Origin: a virus
IMG/VR virus record: IMGVR_UViG_3300021387_000082
Location: 1 to 36,894 of that record
Direction: 5' to 3' (one strand)
DNA: 36,894 bases
The position numbers and the translations under genes are program-made. This document shows positions 15,229 through 24,507 of the stretch, in pieces. The notes under the pieces were generated by a model. That model ran no database searches. It was not told where the DNA came from and saw only the letters and a program-made list of their open reading frames with translations. Positions within the stretch are counted from its first letter, which is position 1; the number at the start of each line of letters is the position of its first letter.

Positions 15229-15903
15229 ATGAACTATAAAGAAATAATACTCGCAGAGGCGGAAGAGGCCCCGGACAAGTTCGCATTTCTAAACGAGGTG
15301 CAGGACTTCATCTACAAGAATCTCAACCCTACCGGGCAGCCCATCGGCAATGTGCGCTGGGTGCCGATTGATATGGTAGAGCCAAACGACTACAACCCCA
15401 ATTCAGTCGCGGTAAAGGAAATGTCCCTGCTCTACACCTCAATATCGCACGATGGATATACGCAGCCAATCGTCACGATATACGACCCCAAACGCGGGAA
15501 GTACATAATCGTTGACGGCTTCCATCGCTACTTCACGGCGAAGCGGCATAAAGACATCGCGGAACGAAACCACGGGATGCTTCCGATTGTCGTAATCGAA
15601 AAGGACATCAATGAACGGATGGCAGCGACTGTCCGCCACAACCGCGCCCGTGGCAAGCACTCCATCGCGGGTATGTCATCAATGGTATTTCAGATGCTCA
15701 AAAACGGAATGAGCGATGCCGACATCTGCAACGAACTTGGGATGGAGCCGGAGGAACTTTTGAAGCTGAAACATATCACGGGATTCAGCAAACTATTCGA
15801 GAATCGGGAGTATGGAAAGGCTTGGGAATCACAACGCCAAATGCAGACTCGCCTCGAATACAACCGCGAACACCCGGAGGAAAAGCCCTTCACGATGGAA
15901 TAG
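15229..15903 (+). CDS. IbrB-like ParB N-terminal domain protein
   Basis: VEPNDYNPNSV...SISHDGYTQPIVTIYDPKRGKYIIVDGFHRYFTAK...VRHNRARGKH. ATG 15229 is preferred over the track's TTG 15208. Confidence 0.65.
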   Translation: MNYKEIILAEAEEAPDKFAFLNEVQDFIYKNLNPTGQPIGNVRWVPIDMVEPNDYNPNSVAVKEMSLLYTSISHDGYTQPIVTIYDPKRGKYIIVDGFHRYFTAKRHKDIAERNHGMLPIVVIEKDINERMAATVRHNRARGKHSIAGMSSMVFQMLKNGMSDADICNELGMEPEELLKLKHITGFSKLFENREYGKAWESQRQMQTRLEYNREHPEEKPFTME

Positions 15904-15973
15904 CAGAAAACCACACAGGCGGGCATAAACAACCGGGTCGGCGCAATCCACCGACGGAGTCGTTCACGCCCGC

Positions 15974-15988
15974 AGAATCGAAAAATAG
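15974..15988 (+). repeat. 15-mer AGAATCGAAAAATAG, copy 2
   Basis: Exact match, 8 nt upstream of the TerS ATG. Confidence 0.9.
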
Positions 15989-15996
15989 AACGCATT

Positions 15997-16395
15997 ATGG
16001 CAAACGAGAAAAACATCATCCCGCACCAGTTCAAACCGGGAGATACCAGTGACAAAGCAGCGAATGGACGCAAGGGTGGCATCGCTTCCGGGAAGGCCAA
16101 ACGGAAACGCCGGGAACTGCGCGAAATCTTTGAAGCCATCCGCAAGACCCCGGTACAGGTTGCGATGCCGGATAGCACCATCAAGGAGGTAGACTTCGAT
16201 GAAGCCGCCGTCCTCGCTATGTACCGCAAAGCGATGAACGGGAACGTAGAAGCGATGAAACTTATAGCCACGATGCTCGGAGAGTATGAGCAGAAGGTAA
16301 AGGTGGAAGGCGCTAACCCCGTACTTGTGACCGATGGCGAACTGGCCGCGCTTAAAAAGTGGGCGAAGAACGATGACGAGGACTCCGGTATATGA
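15997..16395 (+). CDS. Terminase small subunit
   Basis: NGRKGGIASGKAKRKRRELREIFE is a typical TerS N-terminus. The gene lies immediately upstream of, and overlaps, TerL. Confidence 0.6.
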   Translation: MANEKNIIPHQFKPGDTSDKAANGRKGGIASGKAKRKRRELREIFEAIRKTPVQVAMPDSTIKEVDFDEAAVLAMYRKAMNGNVEAMKLIATMLGEYEQKVKVEGANPVLVTDGELAALKKWAKNDDEDSGI

Positions 16396-17590
16396 TAAGC
16401 TGATAGATGCGCTGAACTGCACGGGGAGTTACATATCTTCGTGCGGCGGTACTCGTTCCGGAAAGACCTTCGCCAATCTGCAACTCATCTACAAGCTGGC
16501 CCTCGCGGACACGAAGCCATCCATTACCTCGGTCGTGTCCGAAACCTTCCCGCACCTCAAACGCGGCGCGATTCGTGACTTTCAAGAAGTGCTTGGGGAT
16601 TTGTGGGATGAATCCTGTTGGTCGAAGGGCGGGAGCATCTATACCCTGCCAAACGGGTCAATCATTGAATTTTTCAGCGCGGACTCTCCCGGCAAGGTAC
16701 ACGGCCCGTCCCGTGACCGCCTGTTTCTCAACGAGGTGCAGAACATCCCGTGGGAGATTGCCCGGCAACTCTTTGTCCGTACCAAGGGGCTGAAAATCTT
16801 GGACTACAACCCGACTCACGAAGGATGGGTGCAGCAGAAGATTGAGCCGCTCCCCGAATGTGTGACCATCCACTCCACCTACAAGGATAACCCGTTTCTC
16901 ACGAAGGAGCAGGTCAACGTAATAGAAGCGAACAAAGACGATGCGAATTGGTGGCGGGTTTACGGGCTGGGGTTGGTAGGTTCGCTTGACGGGCTGATAT
17001 ACCCCGACTTTGAACTGATAGACGAAATGCCCGACCCGGAAGGGCTGCACGAAGTATGGGGGCTTGATTTCGGCTTCGCGGCAGACCCTACGGCCATTGT
17101 TCGGGTGCTGGCAGACAAGGCCCGGAAAACCTTGTATGTGGACGAGAAGTGCTACAAAGCCGGGATGTTCAATAAGGACATCTCCGACTTGCTGGCCGGG
17201 GAGGATATTCCCCGGTTCGTGAATATTTGGGCCGATGCCGCAGAACCGAAAGCCATCGCGGAAATCGGGCAGCAGACACGGCTGAAAATCAAACCCTGCG
17301 ACAAATCCGCGCCGACCCGCTCCGACCGCTTGAAATTCCAACTGCAATGGATGCAGGGCTGGAAGATAAAAGTGACGAAGCAGTCTCTGAACTGGATACG
17401 CGAAGCACGAAACTACACTTGGGAGAAAGACCGGGACGGCAATATTCTTGACCACCCGATTGACGGCTTCGACCATCTCCTTGACGCCACGCGCTACGCC
17501 ACGTTCTCCGAATTTGCGGGCCGGAATACGGGCGAGTATGTGGTAGGTTTTGCAAAGAAAACGATTCATTATGATACCTTGCATAGATAA
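16373..17590 (+). CDS. terL: Terminase large subunit (PBSX/XtmB-like)
   Basis: Walker A is CGGTRSGKT. Other motifs: DRLFLNEV and the nuclease part WGLDFGFAADPTA...DGFDHLLDATRYA. ATG 16373 is preferred over the track start at 16334. Confidence 0.85.
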   Translation: MTRTPVYDKLIDALNCTGSYISSCGGTRSGKTFANLQLIYKLALADTKPSITSVVSETFPHLKRGAIRDFQEVLGDLWDESCWSKGGSIYTLPNGSIIEFFSADSPGKVHGPSRDRLFLNEVQNIPWEIARQLFVRTKGLKILDYNPTHEGWVQQKIEPLPECVTIHSTYKDNPFLTKEQVNVIEANKDDANWWRVYGLGLVGSLDGLIYPDFELIDEMPDPEGLHEVWGLDFGFAADPTAIVRVLADKARKTLYVDEKCYKAGMFNKDISDLLAGEDIPRFVNIWADAAEPKAIAEIGQQTRLKIKPCDKSAPTRSDRLKFQLQWMQGWKIKVTKQSLNWIREARNYTWEKDRDGNILDHPIDGFDHLLDATRYATFSEFAGRNTGEYVVGFAKKTIHYDTLHR

Positions 17591-18170
17591 CTACAAAGAC
17601 CTGTCCCTCGGAAAGTACGAGGACATCATCAAGGCCAATTCGATCGAGAGCGACATTGACCGCCAAGTGGCCGTCCTGTCCATCCTCACGGGCCTGTCGG
17701 AAAGAGAACTGCTGAACCTCCCAATCGCGGAGTACTCGACCCTCGCAGCAAAGACCAACTACCTGCAAACGCCCGTGACCAAGACAGGGAGGATTGCATC
17801 GAAGTACCACGCCGGGAAGTTCACCCTTATCCCGACCGGGGACTTGCGGAAAATAACCACGGCGCAGTACATAGACTTCCAGACCTTCGCGCCCGAAGGC
17901 GACGCCCGCCTGGTGGAGATTCTTTCCTGCTTCCTTGTCCCGGAGGGGATGAAGTACAATGACGGCTACGATGTGGTTGAAGTGCAGAACGCCATCCGGG
18001 AGGACTTGTCCGTGCAAGACGCGCTGAATCTGTCGGCTTTTTTTTTGAACAAGTACGCCGCCTTAATTCGGGCTACCCGACACTCTTTGGAGAGGACAAT
18101 CAAGCGGGAGACCAACCCGAAGCGGAGGAAGAAGATGTCAGCCCTTTTGCGAAAAGATGGGGATGGATAA
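17571..18170 (+). CDS. Virion-assembly protein, possibly a tail-assembly-chaperone-like protein (0-frame product)
   Basis: ATG 17571 (MIPCIDNYKDLSLGKYEDI...). It contains a T9 run at 18038-18046. Confidence 0.55.
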   Translation: MIPCIDNYKDLSLGKYEDIIKANSIESDIDRQVAVLSILTGLSERELLNLPIAEYSTLAAKTNYLQTPVTKTGRIASKYHAGKFTLIPTGDLRKITTAQYIDFQTFAPEGDARLVEILSCFLVPEGMKYNDGYDVVEVQNAIREDLSVQDALNLSAFFLNKYAALIRATRHSLERTIKRETNPKRRKKMSALLRKDGDG

Positions 18171-18322
18171 GTTGCGTGGATGCGGTGAGCGAGACCCTGC
18201 GCTGCGAGTGGGACAAGGTGTGGAATCTGCCCGCGCTGGAGTTTCTGAACCTCCTTGCGTATCGGAGGGACAAGCAGGCCGAGGAAAAGGCCAAGATTGA
18301 GAAGTGGAAAAAGAATCATTGA
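18038..18322 (+). other. -1 frame extension of the preceding gene (candidate programmed frameshift product)
   Basis: T_TTT_TTT sits in the correct register at 18038-18044, with an A_AAA_G alternative at 18152-18156. The -1 frame is open to TGA 18320-18322 and reads ...WISCVDAVSETLRCEWDKVWNLPALEFLNLLAYRRDKQAEEKAKIEKWKKNH. There is no ATG for this frame in the 152-nt gap. Confidence 0.4.
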
Positions 18323-18325
18323 TAT

Positions 18326-18817
18326 ATGGAACTGATGAACCTTGACAACCTCCGAAAAGTCTTGGAGGAATACGCCGAAGCCGTCCGGCAGGAGTACATC
18401 GCCAACCTTGAAAGGGATGGCCGTCCCGCGTCCGGGGGACTGATTAACACGATGACCGCCCGCGTGGAGTACGGGGATAACGCCTTCGAGGTGGTGCTGA
18501 ACTTGAAGGAGTACTGGAAATATATTGAATACGGCACGAAGGGCTGGTACACCGGGAATCCGGGAAGGAAGTTCCCGCCCGTCAGCAAACTGCTGGAGTG
18601 GATTCAAATCAAGCCGGGATTCCCCCGCCCGGCCACACTCCCGGAGCAGCGATCACTCGCCTACGCGCTGGCCCACAAGATTCAGCAGTTCGGCACGAAA
18701 GGCCGGGCAGACCTCACAGAAGCGAAGATGAACGTGACGGAGAGGTACAGGCAGAGAATTGCGGAAGCTCTGGGCCACGATATGAAAGACTATATCCGCA
18801 AAATAGTGGCCAAATAG
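18326..18817 (+). CDS. HK97 gp10-like head-tail joining / tail completion protein
   Basis: RPASGGLINTMTARVEYGDNAFEVVLNLKEYWKYIEYGTKG...PPVSKLLEWIQIK follows the gp10-like pattern. Confidence 0.45.
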   Translation: MELMNLDNLRKVLEEYAEAVRQEYIANLERDGRPASGGLINTMTARVEYGDNAFEVVLNLKEYWKYIEYGTKGWYTGNPGRKFPPVSKLLEWIQIKPGFPRPATLPEQRSLAYALAHKIQQFGTKGRADLTEAKMNVTERYRQRIAEALGHDMKDYIRKIVAK

Positions 18818-18883
18818 CGGCCTTAAAGCAAAAGACGATAAATTATACCCACAAACCTTTCAAGGCCGGGAAATCGAGTTTTA

Positions 18884-18915
18884 GAGCGCATTCGGAAACG
18901 ATTTGCGCTCGTTTT
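18884..18915 (+). terminator. Terminator-like hairpin
   Basis: gagcgca (18884-18890) pairs with tgcgctc (18904-18910), followed by gtttt. Confidence 0.45.
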
Positions 18916-18926
18916 CTATTTCACGG
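18916..18926 (+). promoter_or_regulatory. Late box CTATTTCACGG, copy 1
   Basis: Exact 11-mer, 13 nt upstream of ATG 18940. Confidence 0.4.
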
Positions 18927-18939
18927 AAAAGACTACGAT

Positions 18940-19902
18940 ATGCAACCGATTTGGAAGGACTACTACATTGACCTTGGAGCGAACGCGGCCCGGGACTATG
19001 AGGTGCAAGTGTACGGGGCGGTCATCTTCTCCGGGCGGGCCTACCTCCGTCCCGATGAGGACACCATCCGGGTCAAGATAAACGACATCGCGGCTGACTA
19101 CCTCGCACACCTTCTGCCGCCGGGGCAGGGGTTCACGCCCTTCGCAATGGCGCAGCAGTTCGACATCTACGTCGGGGGAACTTTGGTGGAATCTATTATC
19201 TTCTACAACGACTGGTCTTACGATTTCAGTTTCGACCCGGACACGATGCCCCTGTCCGTTCCGCTGGGGGCGCTTGATTCCCGCCAGCCGCTCATCCTCT
19301 CCGCGATCACGGGGACGCAGATAACGGCTACCCTCTACTTCGGGGACGGAACAAGCGCACAGGTGGTAAGACCCATCCAAAGGACGGCAGACTTCAATAA
19401 CGATTTCAACGAGGATTTCTCCACGGAAGCATCCAGCGCAATCGGCGGGGCTGCTATCATAGACCTCGCCCCCTTTGATAATCTGGTGTCCGTTCAAGTG
19501 GGGACTATCACTTATCAAGTCAAGAAAACGTGCGCCCGGTATGCGGTCTATTATATCAACGCCTACGGCGGCTGGGATTCGCTGGTGCTGGCCCACGGCA
19601 AGAGAACGGATAACCTCACCCGGCACACCACGAAGTACGATTATGACAACAGCGACCCGTCCAACCGGGGCGCGAGGGACTACGCCGTCGAGGTGTCCCC
19701 TTCGTGGGAATTGATTACCGATTGGCTGACCTGCGGGGACAAGATGCACCACTTGCTCAATTCTCCTTTCGTCTACCTCTACGACTTGGAGGAACAAGTA
19801 TTTATCCCGGTCAACCTTGAAAACACGGACACCGAGTACAGGGAGAGGTTCACGAACTACACTTTCAATGCCCGGCTGGCCCGGGAGCAGTACAGGCGAT
19901 GA
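18940..19902 (+). CDS. Virion structural (tail/baseplate-like) protein (320 aa)
   Basis: ATG 18940 (MQPIWKDYYIDLG...) lies just after the late box. The track's extension from 18598 crosses an intergenic terminator. Confidence 0.6.
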   Translation: MQPIWKDYYIDLGANAARDYEVQVYGAVIFSGRAYLRPDEDTIRVKINDIAADYLAHLLPPGQGFTPFAMAQQFDIYVGGTLVESIIFYNDWSYDFSFDPDTMPLSVPLGALDSRQPLILSAITGTQITATLYFGDGTSAQVVRPIQRTADFNNDFNEDFSTEASSAIGGAAIIDLAPFDNLVSVQVGTITYQVKKTCARYAVYYINAYGGWDSLVLAHGKRTDNLTRHTTKYDYDNSDPSNRGARDYAVEVSPSWELITDWLTCGDKMHHLLNSPFVYLYDLEEQVFIPVNLENTDTEYRERFTNYTFNARLAREQYRR

Positions 19903-22523
19903 GATTGACACTTTACATCGGAGGTCAGAAAGCGGATATGACTGAGGACGGGTTCGTCCTCTTGAACTATGCCATTACTGACCTCACCAACCCGGCGGTC
20001 TTAAAGAACTCTTGGACGCAGGATATAGACCTTCCCGCGACCCCGGCGAATGACAGGATATTCGGGCACTCCTTCCGGGCTGACCGGCTGGCCGGGGGTG
20101 GTGGTACGGGTGCGCAGTTCAACGCATCACAAAGAACCTCCTTCGCCCTCTATGCTGATTCCGGGGAGATAATCTACGCCGGGTATTTGAAACTCAACTC
20201 CGTCACGAAAGACACCTATTCCGTGTCCCTGTTCGGGGGGCTTGGGGATTTCATCTACAATCTGTCTTTCACCCCGTCCGGGGAGAAGATGACCCTTGCG
20301 GACTTGGACTACGGCGTGGACTTGGACTTCGTTATCAACAAGGAAGCCGTCGCGGATGCGTGGGCGCGATTGGAGGGGGACACCAGCAAGCCGGAGAAGT
20401 GGGACGTTATCAACTTCGCGCCCTGCTATAACGGGATCCCGGAGAACTTCTCCGCTGATAAGGCCGTGGCAGAACCAAGTGTTTTTGGGCTGCAGAGTTC
20501 AATAACCAAAGACGGCAAGACCTACACGACCAACAACGGGGTTTGCTTGATTAATTATCCCAATGATGTAGACGAATGGGCGGCGAAAGACCTTCGCTCC
20601 TACCTCCAGCGGCCCGTCCTCTCGGTTCGGAAACTGCTGGATGCCATCGCGGACGGGAATAATAACGGCGGGTGGAGTGTTGACCTCTCCGACCTCTCCG
20701 ATGTGCCATATCTTGACACTTGGATAACCCGGCCCTTGCTTCCGAGTCTGGGAACGTACAAGCAGATGACGGAATCCATTACGGGAACGTTCGTACAGTA
20801 TGCCGCCGGGAAGATTGTGGGAAGATTTACGCTGGCGAATGTCCCCAGCGGAGCGGAAGTTACTGCCCGGGTCAGGTGCAATCTGCGTTATTCTGTGCCG
20901 GGGGCATCGCCGAGAACGCCCCTGCGGTCTTGGGATGAGAAGCGGGCGCAGTCGTATGTCCCAGCCGGGATTGAGCAGCAAGTCCTGTTCGTGCAAGCGG
21001 TAGGATATGCAAGCGATAACACACAGGTAGCCGCTGGCCCGGTCAAGGCGTACTACAAGAGCGCGAATGTGGCCGATGCCGAAACCCTTGCAAGCGCCTT
21101 TGGGTTCATCCCGAAAGGGAATGCGGGCTTCGCTTCTGCAGATGTTGACCATTCCTACTCGCTGGATAATGGCTACTATGTCCGGCAGCGGGATTTGGAG
21201 TGCGAGATAACCGGGGTGAACATTGCGCGGATTGACATTGAGGTCACGGCATACCGCGCCTATATTCTCTTGGGTGGCGGTGTCTATTCGTTCGCGGGCG
21301 GAACCGGCTCCGGGACTATCCTGTGGTATGATTCCGCGAATGCCTACAACCCCGATGCTTGGGCGGCAACGGAGGGCAGTTGTACCGCCACCAGCACTTC
21401 GACCGAAACCCTGCGGAGCGGCGCGTATATCACCAAGCGGATGCTCCTTTCGACCTCCGGAACTCCGGCAGAATACCTCCTTGCCTTGTGCAAGTCCTTT
21501 GGGTTGTATATCCTCGCGGATAGTGCTACCAAGCAAGTCGCCATCCTCAAACGCAAATCCTTCTTCGTGAATGAAACCGAGGACTTGACGGACAGGATAG
21601 ATGCCGATTCCGTTGTTATCAATCCCGTGGCCTTCGATTCCAAATGGTACGAGTTCAAGACGGAGAGTGTCGGGGGGAGATTCGAGGAAGAATACCTCAA
21701 TACCGAGGGGGTGCAGTACGGCATCCAGCGAGTTGACACGGGCTACGATTTTGATGCGGAGGTCAAAGACCTTCTTGCGGGATTGGTGCTGAAATCCTGC
21801 GCAGCCGTGCAAGACCGGGGCAAGTATTGGTACTCCATCTTGGATAATAACGACTTCTATCCGTCCCCGTTCATTGACGGCGGGACTTATACCCTATGGA
21901 ACGGAAGCGAGAATCTGGACACCGATATTGTCCTTCCCGCCGGGGCGAGCCTTGACCCGCTGAACACCACTTATCCGGGGTATGACCTTATGAGCCGGGC
22001 CGAGTTCCGGGACGGCGAGAACAAGGGGATAGACGGGGCAGATGTGCTTCTGTTCTTCAACTACTCTTTGAACTACCCGCACTTCGGATTGTCCGATGAC
22101 CTCCCGGTGATGGATGCCGTGAACGGCGGGCCGTGCTGGATTGCGGCCTTCAACGAGTACGGGTTGGATATTCCCCAATTCACAAGGTACACCCACCGGG
22201 GGCAAGACCCGGAGTTGCTGCTGGACTTCGGATCCCCGCGGGAGGTGGATATTCCCGGCATCCGATACGCGGCGGGTTATACCATCTACGAACAGGCGTG
22301 GCAGCAGTATATCCGGGACAGGCTGAACGTTCACGGGAAGGTGATGACCTGCAAGGCGTGGATTGACCGCCCCGGCCCGGAAGCATTGCGGAAGTTCTAC
22401 TGGTACAGGGGAAGCCTTTGGATGCTCAACAAAATCTCCAACTACTCGCTGACCACCTTCGACCCTTGTGAGTGCGAGTTCGTACAGGTTCGTGACATTG
22501 CTAACTACAAGAATCAATACTGA
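19899..22523 (+). CDS. Large tail / host-interaction structural protein (874 aa)
   Basis: Long ORF with an ATGA overlap at the start and a position within the tail block. Confidence 0.6.
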   Translation: MRLTLYIGGQKADMTEDGFVLLNYAITDLTNPAVLKNSWTQDIDLPATPANDRIFGHSFRADRLAGGGGTGAQFNASQRTSFALYADSGEIIYAGYLKLNSVTKDTYSVSLFGGLGDFIYNLSFTPSGEKMTLADLDYGVDLDFVINKEAVADAWARLEGDTSKPEKWDVINFAPCYNGIPENFSADKAVAEPSVFGLQSSITKDGKTYTTNNGVCLINYPNDVDEWAAKDLRSYLQRPVLSVRKLLDAIADGNNNGGWSVDLSDLSDVPYLDTWITRPLLPSLGTYKQMTESITGTFVQYAAGKIVGRFTLANVPSGAEVTARVRCNLRYSVPGASPRTPLRSWDEKRAQSYVPAGIEQQVLFVQAVGYASDNTQVAAGPVKAYYKSANVADAETLASAFGFIPKGNAGFASADVDHSYSLDNGYYVRQRDLECEITGVNIARIDIEVTAYRAYILLGGGVYSFAGGTGSGTILWYDSANAYNPDAWAATEGSCTATSTSTETLRSGAYITKRMLLSTSGTPAEYLLALCKSFGLYILADSATKQVAILKRKSFFVNETEDLTDRIDADSVVINPVAFDSKWYEFKTESVGGRFEEEYLNTEGVQYGIQRVDTGYDFDAEVKDLLAGLVLKSCAAVQDRGKYWYSILDNNDFYPSPFIDGGTYTLWNGSENLDTDIVLPAGASLDPLNTTYPGYDLMSRAEFRDGENKGIDGADVLLFFNYSLNYPHFGLSDDLPVMDAVNGGPCWIAAFNEYGLDIPQFTRYTHRGQDPELLLDFGSPREVDIPGIRYAAGYTIYEQAWQQYIRDRLNVHGKVMTCKAWIDRPGPEALRKFYWYRGSLWMLNKISNYSLTTFDPCECEFVQVRDIANYKNQY

Positions 22524-24445
22524 TGGAAGACGTTTATATCCTCAAAATAGGCACGGATGAGGCCGTGCGGAATATCAACGACCTCAAAGACAATATCAAG
22601 GAGTACAAGGCCGCGCTCAATGAACTTGAAATCGGCTCGGAGGACTATCAGAACGTTCTCTCCGCTTTGCAGGTCAATCAAGCCGCGCTGAAGAACGCGA
22701 TGCACGGCACGGCCGCTTCGATGGAGGAAGTCGCCCGCGCCGCGAAGGGGGATAACGTTATCTTCGATGAGCAGAACAAGCTCATCAAGGGGATGGACTA
22801 CTCCTACAACGGATTGGTCAAGCGGATGGCCGAACTTGACCAGCAATTTCGCGCCACGGAGGATGCCGCCACGCGCAAAAATCTTGGAGAACAGATAAAG
22901 TCTATTAACGATGAGTTAAAGAAGTTTGATGAAGACCGCGGTAAGTTTGGGCGAAATGTGGGTAACTACAAGTCCGCACTTGATGGAATATCAGATGGCT
23001 TCAAAAAGACCGCCGGGAATGCCGCATCGGTTATCAATCCCATCTCCAATATGACCGCCGGGTTGAAGGCCCTGTCCGCTACCCCGGTCATCGCTGTCTT
23101 GGGGCTTTTGGCGAATGTGCTGAATAAGGTGATGGAAGCGATGTCCTCCAGCGAAGGGGCTACCAACCGATTCAACACGGCACTTGCCGCCTTCAAGCCA
23201 CTCGCGGATGCCGCGCAACGTACCCTGCAAGCCTTCGCCAACGCCATCGCGGGCGTGGTGGAATGGGTAGGAAATCTGCTTATCAAGTGGGGACTTCTCA
23301 ACAAGGAGTTATCCGATGCCCGGATGCAGATGGAGAACGAATCGCAGGAGATTACGAAACTGAACCGGGAGTATATGGTGGCCAATGCCCGGCTCCAAGC
23401 GGAAGCGGATGAATTGCGGGCGGAAGCCGCGAAGAAAACCGAACACACGGCAAAGGAGCGGGAGAAGATGCTGCGGGATGCCGCCGCGAAGGAAGAACAG
23501 ATATTCCAGAACGAAGTGGATTTGGCGTACCGCCGCTGGCAACTCGCACTGCAGGAGTCCCAACTGACCGAGAATAGCAAGGAGGTCAACGACAAACTCG
23601 CGCAGTACGAAGCCGACTATATCCGCAAGCGGAGTGAATTTGCCAAGACCCGCCGACGGCTGAACCGGGAAATCGAAACCACCCTCCGGGAGCAGCAGTC
23701 CACCGCCATAAAGACGGCAGAGAAGGAGGTCGAAGCGGCAAAGATTACCCTTGCCACTTGGGATGACTTGGAGAAGGAGCGGAAGCGCCGGGAGTCCCTG
23801 CTGGCCGATGCCCGGAAACTGCAAGAGGAAAATGACAAACAATTCTTTGATTTCTTGGAGCAGTTGAACGAGAACGAACTGGACGTGGTGACGGAAACCC
23901 TGCAAGCGGAGTTGGATGCCGAGTGGAACGCCCTTGAAGAAGAAAAGAGAATCAAGCGGGAGCGGCTGGCTACGTTTATGGGTTACACCTCCACCCTGTC
24001 CGATTTGTCCGGGGCGATTGCCGACATCTACGAAGCCGATGCTGATGCGGACGAAGCCGCCGCGAAGAAGGCAAAGGGGTTCAAGATTGCGAGTGCCATC
24101 CTTTCTACTATCAATGGATCGGTATCCGCCTTTACCTCCACCTGGTCTGCGGCCGAACTGCCCCTCTCGGTTAAGGCAGTCCTCGCCCCGATGAACGCAG
24201 CCGCCGTCCTCGCAGCCGGGTACGCACAGGTGAAGCAAATGAACTCAGTCAAGGTAGGGAATGATCCCTCCAGCGCAGCCGTGCCCGCCCCGGCCTTCTC
24301 CCCCTATGTGGCCCAAGTGCGAAACGTGACCGGGCAAAGGGAGGAAGAACGATTGTACCAAAATCAGCGCGTATTCCTCGTCTATAGCGACCTTGAAATA
24401 GCCAATACCGCCCAGCGCGTTAAGGTGCGAGAAACGGAGTTTTAG
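22523..24445 (+). CDS. Tape-measure-like / internal virion protein (640 aa)
   Basis: Coiled-coil-rich, with central hydrophobic stretches (PVIAVLGLLANVL...) and a C-terminal hydrophobic region. Confidence 0.45.
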   Translation: MEDVYILKIGTDEAVRNINDLKDNIKEYKAALNELEIGSEDYQNVLSALQVNQAALKNAMHGTAASMEEVARAAKGDNVIFDEQNKLIKGMDYSYNGLVKRMAELDQQFRATEDAATRKNLGEQIKSINDELKKFDEDRGKFGRNVGNYKSALDGISDGFKKTAGNAASVINPISNMTAGLKALSATPVIAVLGLLANVLNKVMEAMSSSEGATNRFNTALAAFKPLADAAQRTLQAFANAIAGVVEWVGNLLIKWGLLNKELSDARMQMENESQEITKLNREYMVANARLQAEADELRAEAAKKTEHTAKEREKMLRDAAAKEEQIFQNEVDLAYRRWQLALQESQLTENSKEVNDKLAQYEADYIRKRSEFAKTRRRLNREIETTLREQQSTAIKTAEKEVEAAKITLATWDDLEKERKRRESLLADARKLQEENDKQFFDFLEQLNENELDVVTETLQAELDAEWNALEEEKRIKRERLATFMGYTSTLSDLSGAIADIYEADADADEAAAKKAKGFKIASAILSTINGSVSAFTSTWSAAELPLSVKAVLAPMNAAAVLAAGYAQVKQMNSVKVGNDPSSAAVPAPAFSPYVAQVRNVTGQREEERLYQNQRVFLVYSDLEIANTAQRVKVRETEF

Positions 24446-24485
24446 ACGGCAAAAACGGGGCGTTTTAACAAAAAGGGGTCTTTGT

Positions 24486-24496
24486 CTATTTCACGG
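24486..24496 (+). promoter_or_regulatory. Late box CTATTTCACGG, copy 2
   Basis: Exact 11-mer, 11 nt upstream of ATG 24508. Confidence 0.4.
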
Positions 24497-24507
24497 AAAG
24501 TGAATTG

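Noticed and set aside
12216-15903. Plasmid-style partition system (phage-plasmid) suggested by two ParB-like genes.
   Set aside because: There is no ParA/Walker ATPase partner and no plasmid replication genes. An integrase and repressor indicate an integrative lifestyle. The ParB-fold proteins pair with a PAPS-reductase-like enzyme as in IbrAB rather than ParAB.
18598-18939. N-terminal extensions of track ORFs (18598-19902, and likewise 26623-27285, 29787-30332, 33431-34006, 8716-9156, 16334-17590 and 2107-3384).
   Set aside because: The extensions use non-ATG starts, overlap upstream genes, or cross terminators and intergenic motifs. Internal ATGs give the standard overlap architecture.
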